55,721 nucleotides of DNA from Ministeria vibrans ATCC 50519. Lineage: Eukaryota > Protista > Filasterea. The number at the start of each line of letters is the position of its first letter. Position 1 is the stretch's first letter. Location: the NCBI GenBank assembly GCA_943704425.1, contig CALSCP010001832.1:1-55721 (forward strand), written 5' to 3'. The translations under genes were made by a program, and so were the position numbers. Of the stretch, positions 48,984-55,721 are shown one piece after another. The notes under the pieces were generated by a model that saw only the letters and a list, made by a program, of their open reading frames with translations, was not told the DNA's origin and ran no database searches.

Positions 48984-49935
48984 TTATTTGAGTTTGTACG
49001 ATTTGAGCGACGTTTTGCGTCGCCTCTGTTTGAGAGGATTCAACTCAAGGAACTCTTCGCGAACTTTCAATGCGGCGAGGGTGACGTCATCGTGCTCACG
49101 ACCCATAAGCCAAAGTTTTTCCATCTGGTAGAAATCGCGTGCGTCCTCTGAGAAGATTTGGACCAGTGTGGTGTTGCACTCGATAATGGCCCAGTCTTCG
49201 GAGTTTCTGTCGTGAATTCTAATGCCTTGGGTGGTGCCGCTGTGATCGGCAAACTAGGAGGAGGACAAGGAAGGAAAAGGTAAGGTGAGAGGAGACAAAG
49301 AAGGTGGAGGAGAAGAAGGTGAAGTAGAAGAAGATGATGATGACGATGAAGAAGGTTAAGAAGAAGAATAATAATAAGAAGAAGAAGGAGAAGAAGATGA
49401 TGATGACGATGAAGAAGGTTAAGAAGAAGAATAATAATAAGAAGAAGAAGGGTACTTTGCGCTTGATGGCGAGTGCAAGACTGGGAATGTGGTTCGCAGT
49501 GAGGGCCGTTGCGAAGACCATGCGCTGTGCGACGGTTTGCCGATACGGGATGAAGCAGGTTACATCTTGAGCGCGGTTGTCCTTGAGTGTGTTGGCAATG
49601 AGTCGGCATTCAGCCGAACTGCAAGAGGAGACAAAAAAAGAAGTTGGCGAGACCATATCATAACTTATTCTTATATATTTCAGGTGTTACACTTTGTCTT
49701 CGTCGACCATGGTGTCGTCTGTGAGAGGCACGAAGTCGTAGTCGTTGCCATCATCACTGTCGACGTCGAGGCGGAGCGGCGGTCCATCGCTGCTGAGAGG
49801 AGGAGCGTCGCAATCGATAGGATCGACTGGGCCCTGTGAGACAGGCTTTGCGCCGCCGAGAATAGCTGCACGTCGCCTTGCGCGCGACGCGGTGACTGCT
49901 GACTGGTGGAGGGATCGTGTTAGCACACGCAACAT
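48984..49935 (-). CDS. MALSU1: Mitochondrial ribosome silencing factor RsfS/Iojap (MALSU1-like), 3 exons
   Basis: Presequence MLRVLTRSLHQSA. Spliced domain LKDNRAQDV...RMVFATA...HIPSLA/...EDWAIIEC...VQIFSEDARDFYQMEKLW matches the RsfS consensus DW..D....H.f....R..YdLE.LW. Confidence 0.8.
49326..49451. repeat. Perfect 63-bp tandem duplication in MALSU1-like intron 2
   Basis: agaagaagatgatgatgacgatgaagaaggttaagaagaagaataataataagaagaagaagg occurs at 49326-49388 and 49389-49451. Confidence 0.9.
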
Positions 49936-49991
49936 GTTGAACAATAAAATATTATGATTATATTTTACAAACTTATTCAATCTAATTCAGA

Positions 49992-50984
49992 ATGTTGCCT
50001 CCAGGATCAAAAGTGGTCGTGACGGGAAGCGCTGGCCATCTGGGCGAGGCAATTCTTCGCACCTTGCGTGCAGATGGAGTTGATGCGGTTGGTGTTGACA
50101 TATTGGAGTCAGCGTTTACGGATCAGGTGGGAAGCATTGCTGATCGGGCGTTTGTGCGTCGCGCAACGTCTGGAGCCACACACATCGTACACACAGCCAC
50201 GCTGCACAAGCCACACTGCGCCACGCACACCCGACAGGATTTTGTCAACACCAACATCACAGGCACGCTGAACCTGCTGGAGGAGGCGGCAGAGGGAGCG
50301 GTGGAGTCGTTTGTGTTTACGTCGACGACGTCGGCCTTTGGACACGCGCTGGTGAACGCAGACGGCGCCGGACCAGCCACCTGGATCACCGAAGAGGTTG
50401 TGCCGGTGCCCAAGAACATATATGGCGCAACCAAGACGGCAGCCGAAGACCTGTGCCATTTAGTGCATCAAGACACAGGCTTGCCCGTCCTCGTCCTGCG
50501 CACTTCGCGCTTCTTTGGTGAACTCGACGACAATCCGGCGACGCGCGCCACCCACTGCGACCCCAACATCAAAGCAAACGAGTTTCTTAGTCGACGTGTG
50601 GACATTGCGGATGTGGTCAGTGCGCATCTGCTGGCACTTGAACGTGCACCCACCCTCAAATTCGATCGGTTCATCATCAGCGCCACCACTCCATTCACCC
50701 GCAACGACACCCTCGAGCTGCGGCACGACGCCCCCTCCGTGCTTCAGCGTTGTGTTCCCGCGTACACCACTGAATATGCGCGTCGTGGCTGGTCCATGTT
50801 CCCCTCACTCGACCGTGTCTACGACAACACCAAGGCGCGCACTCGCCTGGGCTGGACGCCCCTCTACGACTTTGAATATGTGCTGCAGCTGCTGGCAGCC
50901 GATCGGGAGCCGCGCAGTCAGCTTGCGTGTGATGTGGGTGTAAAACCGTATCACACAAGTGGGAGATATCCCTTTGTAGACTGA
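49992..50984 (+). CDS. NAD-dependent epimerase/dehydratase (extended SDR), intronless
   Basis: VTGSAGHLG Rossmann motif, HTATLH, NITGTLNLLE, FTSTTS and catalytic YGATK. Confidence 0.92.
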   Translation: MLPPGSKVVVTGSAGHLGEAILRTLRADGVDAVGVDILESAFTDQVGSIADRAFVRRATSGATHIVHTATLHKPHCATHTRQDFVNTNITGTLNLLEEAAEGAVESFVFTSTTSAFGHALVNADGAGPATWITEEVVPVPKNIYGATKTAAEDLCHLVHQDTGLPVLVLRTSRFFGELDDNPATRATHCDPNIKANEFLSRRVDIADVVSAHLLALERAPTLKFDRFIISATTPFTRNDTLELRHDAPSVLQRCVPAYTTEYARRGWSMFPSLDRVYDNTKARTRLGWTPLYDFEYVLQLLAADREPRSQLACDVGVKPYHTSGRYPFVD

Positions 50985-51081
50985 GAGAGGTGTGAGCGAG
51001 TGATTTAGTCATCAAACTCAAATAAATCAAAATCAAATCATAATAATAATAATTATTATTATTTTTGAACTCATTGCGAGG

Positions 51082-52897
51082 ATGGAGTCGTACACAGTCC
51101 CGCTCGTTCTGCCAGACCTGCGCCCCGACGAGAACGTCTGCCAGATCGTCGATGCGCTAGAGCACGTCGAGCGCGTTGCCAGCGACGTGTTCAACCGCGT
51201 CGCCGAGCGCATCAACACCAACCAGGATGCCCTGGCCGCACTCAACAGCCGTATCAACACGGCGCAGGTACACGCTGCGCCTTCCTTTGCCCCTTTTTAC
51301 GGTCATATGACTCCAAAACACAAATTGCGTTGTGATTTTTGTCACTTCTCGTCCACTCGTCTGCGCCCGCAAACGCCCCGCCCACGCCACAGAGCCGCCG
51401 TCTTGACGACCTATCAACACCCTTACGTCGGTGTCTCTCCCCTCGTCATATTTGTCGGCTCAATCTCTTTCTCTATTTACAAAAACTTCTCTCTCAGGCA
51501 AAAATCGGGTCCATTCGAGGAACGAACAAGGCCACGACAGTGCTCAGTAGTGCCAAGTACCCTGCGTCGGAGGATCGCGAGAGCTACACAACCGCTTTTT
51601 CCGTAAAAATCAAACGTTTTTTTTTCTTTCTTTTTTTCTCCTTTCTCATTCTCTCTCTTCTCTTTCGCAGAATCTCGGGCCAGAGAAGAAGCGGCCGCTG
51701 CGCAACAAGTACAGGGGTTTATCAAAGCGAGTAGTGCCGTTTACAGACGAAATGCTGCGTGAAAAAGTGGATTTCTTCTCTGTCAAAGTGGGAGACGCAC
51801 AAACGGCGAGCAAGAACAAGAAGAAGAAGGGCGAGGATCCGCACGAGGGTGAGGGGCTCGGCCGCTTACCGTCCAACCTTGACTCGGTCTCGTCTTTGTT
51901 GCTGTTCAACTCCGGCGAGAACCCCTATAAGAAGTACGTGACCATGGATACGCTGACGGGCTTCAAGAAGGTCCGTCTTCAAGCGGACGCAAGCGACGCA
52001 CGCACTCTCGGTGCTGCACCTACCACCATGCTCGAGGGCGACTCCACTCGCTTCACCGCCGAAAACTACCTCTACACACCGGGAATGGGCGCCATTCCGG
52101 AAATGATGGTCCCCGCCAGTCTGCCCAACCTGCCGGGCGTCGCCGACATCCAGTGGAGCGGCGAGGCTCCCAGCATTGCCCCGTCGCTGCCCACCGACAA
52201 CATGCCCGAACTTCCCAGTGTATCCGAACCACCGATGGGCGACGCAAGCACCACGGCTACGCTTGGCAACGACGCGCCTCCTCCTCCGCCAGCCAACGCC
52301 AGCGCGCCGCCACCTCCCCCGCCAGACGCCTCTGCCGCCGGTGGCGGACCCCCGCCGCCACCGCCTCCACCGCCACCACCTGCCGCTTTTGACAGTGATG
52401 CTGGTGGCGGTGCGCCTCCTCCGCCAGCACCACCTGCCGCCATGGCCTTCCTGCCGACAGGCGACGAGGGCGGCGACGACTACGACGAAGACGGGCTCGG
52501 TGCGCCTCCCTCCGGTCTGCCTTCCGACCTTCCTGTAGAGGTGGTTGCCGATTCGGGCCGCGCATCACTCATGGACTCTATTCGCAACGCGGGCCTTAAG
52601 AAACTCAAGTCGGCCAAGGACCGCAAAATGGACCGCAAGCTGGAGAAGGAGGCGGCGAGCTCAAGCGCCGCAAGCTCTGGGGACGTCATGGGAGATCTCA
52701 TGAGCGCCCTCAAGATGCGTCGCAAGGGTATCTCGGGCTCCAAGACAGACTCGGCAGCAGCTGCGGCACGCAGCAACAACGACGACGATGGACTCATTGG
52801 AAACATGTCCAAGATGATCCCTCCACCGTCGTCGGGCCGTCCTCGCTCAGGGACCGACGCAAGCACCATCAGCGCAGATTCAAACGACTGGGACTAA
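51082..52897 (+). CDS. WASHC1: WASH complex subunit 1 (Arp2/3 nucleation-promoting factor), 3 exons
   Basis: WAHD motifs YTVPLVLPDLRPDE, KATTVLSSAKYPA and EGLGRLPSNLDSVSSLLLFNSGENPYKKY, followed by polyproline, WH2 (RASLMDSIRNAG..KLK), the C motif (GDLMSALKMRRKGISG) and acidic terminal DWD. Confidence 0.95.
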
Positions 52898-53013
52898 CCA
52901 ATTCTTTCATTTCCCTCCCCATCTCCGTTCTCTTTGATTTCTCCGTTAATGTAACTCTCAATTCGTATTTTCGGTTGTTAATAGAATTATTATTATTTTT
53001 ATGTGTTACATAA

Positions 53014-55691
53014 TTATGATTCTGTTGTGGCTGCCTCGGTGTCAGTTGTACCATTGTCAGCTTCGCTCAACAGAAACTCAACAAACGCATCAGAGAAACT
53101 CTACAATTCAAAACCCGTGAGTTATTATTATTATCATTAAAAATATGTTTATAATATCTCAATCTCTCCATGTGTACCTCTGATGTGCCTGCGTGTGCAA
53201 CATGGGAGGCATTTGGGCGAGCAGCAGTAGCGGAACCAGCAGTGTTGCCTAAAGTGGACGAGACCACACGCCCGAGCCACGAGCGCCCAATACCCGCGCG
53301 AGCACGGTCCGCCTCGCTGAGCTCAAGCACGTTGGCCATGAGCGATAAGACGTCGCCGCTCTTCTGGCCTGTCAGGTACGACAGCAACAGGTTCCGCATG
53401 ACATTCTTGTCGACGGACGACTCGGCGGCTTTGCGCACGGCCGCCTTGAGCCGGTCCTGACTGCGCGCCATCTTCTCGCGCATTCCATCGCACTCCTTGC
53501 GGAGCATCGCCAATTCCCGCTCGCTCGTCAACAGGTCGGTCCGCATCGCTTGCGCCGTCTCAAGACGCCCAACGAGTACCGTGCGCTCGCGCTCTAGCGC
53601 CGCCAGTCGTCCCTCTGCGTCGCTCAGCTGTGCGCGCGCCTCGGCTGCGTCGTTGGCGGCACGCTCTGTTGCCATGGACACTTGCAGCTCTTGGTCCTCT
53701 TGAAACTGCTCAAGGACACTCTGAAGATTGGCGAGCGACGCACCGCGTTGCTCACACTCAGTGACACTCTCCTTGAGACTTGCACGCAGCGTGTCCCGTT
53801 CGAGCGTCAGCTGGTCCACCGTCGCCGCCAAACGCGACAGTTGCAGCCCCGTCGTCTCAGTGTTCTGTCGCTCAAAGTCCTCGCGCTCCTGATGCAGTGC
53901 CTCGGCACTGGCCACCCGCTGCTCGAGCACGCGAATAGTCTCCTGCTGCAGCAGCGCATCCCGCGTCGCATTCTCCTCTTGCTCCACCATGTGCTGCTGC
54001 AACCGCGACAGTCGTCGGGTCAGCCGTTCCATCTCCTCCGCTCCTTGCTGTCGCAGTGCCGTATTCGCCTCCGCTTCCACCACCACCAGTTTCAGCTCTT
54101 CTACTCGATCGCGCAGTGACTGTGCCTCAGCCATCTCGCGCTTAAGACGTGCGTCCATGCCCACCAGTTGCACCACAGCCAGTGCCAGTGGCTCCAGCAC
54201 CGTCTCGCGTGGCAGTCCCGTCACCGTTGCGTCCCCTACAACGCGCTGCAGTAGCGCATGCACCACCACACGACAGGTGTCCGTCTCCCATGGCAATGTC
54301 ATCCCTTCGTGCACTGCCTCCGAGTCAGCGTAGCCCAACACTGCCCGAAACACACGCGTTACTTCAGCCGTCATGGCGATCGCCTGCTCGTCCAACTTGA
54401 GCTCAAGCTGTGCAATGCGTGTGTGCGCCTCAGCAAGGGCACTCTCCAACGAGGTTGCCGACGAGTCCTCCTCCTCCCTCTTGTGTTGTTGCTCCACCAA
54501 CTCGGCGAGACGCTGTCGCAGATCACGGCACTCCCGCCCATGTCGCTCACTCATCTCCTGCATGCGCGCCTCGTGTGCCTCCTCCGCCTCCGTCAGACGC
54601 GTCGCTAGCTGCTTCCGTTCCGTCTCGCTCTCGCGCAGTCGTTCGCGTGCATTCTCTCGTTCGCTCTCTACCTGACGCGCTACTTCACTAAGCTGATGTT
54701 CAAGTGACCCCACTCGTTCCACATTGGAAGCGTTCTCCGCGTCAACCAGCGCCCGCTCAGCTTGTGCTCGTCGCAGTGCCTCACGATGCATCGACGCCAA
54801 CTGTTCCATTTCGCGAGTGTGCTCTTCGCTCAACTCTACCAGTGTGCGTTCGCTTTCATCAACACGACGTCTCGCCTCGGTCAAGTCTGTCTCGGCCGAC
54901 ACCAGTCGCTCCGACAGTGCGTCCACTACGCTCGTCGTGTTCTTATCCGTGCCCGCAACAGCATCCACTTCGTCAGTCGAAGGAGGAGCCTCTACTGCTG
55001 CTGCTGCATGGTCTCGCTCGAGTTCGTCGACACGCGCACGCCAGTCAGAGAGTTCCTCGTCAAATTCCGCCTGCATTTGAGCCACAGCATGTTGATGAGC
55101 CTCCTGCAACGCCGCCAATTGCTCTTGGTGTTCGTCGTGCAGGTCGCGCTCGAGAGTGTTGTGGCGAAGAGGCGCATCCTCCATCAACAAGTGGTTGTCG
55201 TCGTCGTCGACAAATCCTTCCGCCGCACGCCCAACATGGGCCTCGTCGCCATTCAGGTCGATGTACTCAAGGCCGTCAGTGCCCACGGAAGCCGTGGCGG
55301 GCGCGCCGGACGCCGACGAGGGCGAGGCGCGTGACACGTCGCTCGTCACAATCGCCAATTGTTGTTCGAGCTTTCGACGCAGTTCGATACATTCGTTTTC
55401 CTTGTCAATCAGCAAGTGCCGGTACTCGGTGCTGATGGTAGACACCTGCACATCGGCAGCCTCGGCGCGCTGCTGCGCCTCATCGCGGTCCGCATGAACG
55501 CGACTGAGTTCCGCGCGAAGTGCCTCCACTTCCGCCACGCTATGCACCAGTTGCTCTCGCGCCACAGACAGCGCCGCCTCGGCGTCTTCCTCCTCCGCGA
55601 CCGTCTCCTTGATCATGTCTCGCGTGACCGCAGTCGCCTCTCGCGCCATGATCGCCGCCTGGTCCGTAATCGTGCTGAGCCACGACGACAT
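53014..55691 (-). CDS. TRIP11: cis-Golgi golgin GMAP-210/TRIP11/Rud3-like (coiled coil + GRAB + GA1), 2 exons
   Basis: N-terminus MSSWL, long coiled coil and GRAB motif VDKNVMRNLLLSYL...DVLSLMANVLEL. After the intron 53177-53101 the last exon reads SFSDAFVEFLLSEA (GA1 motif), with the stop at 53014. Confidence 0.8.
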
Positions 55692-55721
55692 TTTTCGAGA
55701 AAAAATTGGAAAAAAAAAAGT

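Noticed and set aside
1-55721. Alternative genetic code or non-canonical splicing
   Set aside because: The junctions I checked resolve with GT-AG introns and the standard code, and TAA, TAG and TGA all act as stops.

Overview
This is gene-dense eukaryotic genomic DNA with short GT-AG introns and microsatellite-rich introns. The gene content suggests a flagellated unicellular holozoan-like protist (inference from a DLEC1-like ciliary gene, an adhesion GPCR, a PH-MyTH4-FERM protein with YxxL motifs and a two-component protein). I reconstructed 19 protein-coding genes by hand-splicing. Housekeeping genes are eIF2alpha (partial), an A20/AN1 zinc finger, VPS54, DLEC1-like, ORC6, MALSU1/RsfS, WASH1, GMAP-210/TRIP11-like and PLEKHH-like. 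The most interesting content is a candidate protist immunity/cell-death toolkit within about 17 kb: an intronless caspase-family protease + NB-ARC + 126-bp-repeat TPR receptor (NLR-like) and an MLKL-like four-helix bundle + active kinase + ARM-repeat protein. Also notable are a GAF-HisKA-receiver protein with no ATP-binding domain, a mitochondrial acyl-CoA synthetase with every catalytic motif degenerate, a roughly 3,600-aa adhesion GPCR, and bacterial-type enzymes placed head-to-head with housekeeping genes. I found no rRNA, tRNA, CRISPR array or transposase. All family assignments come from motif recognition, not database searches.
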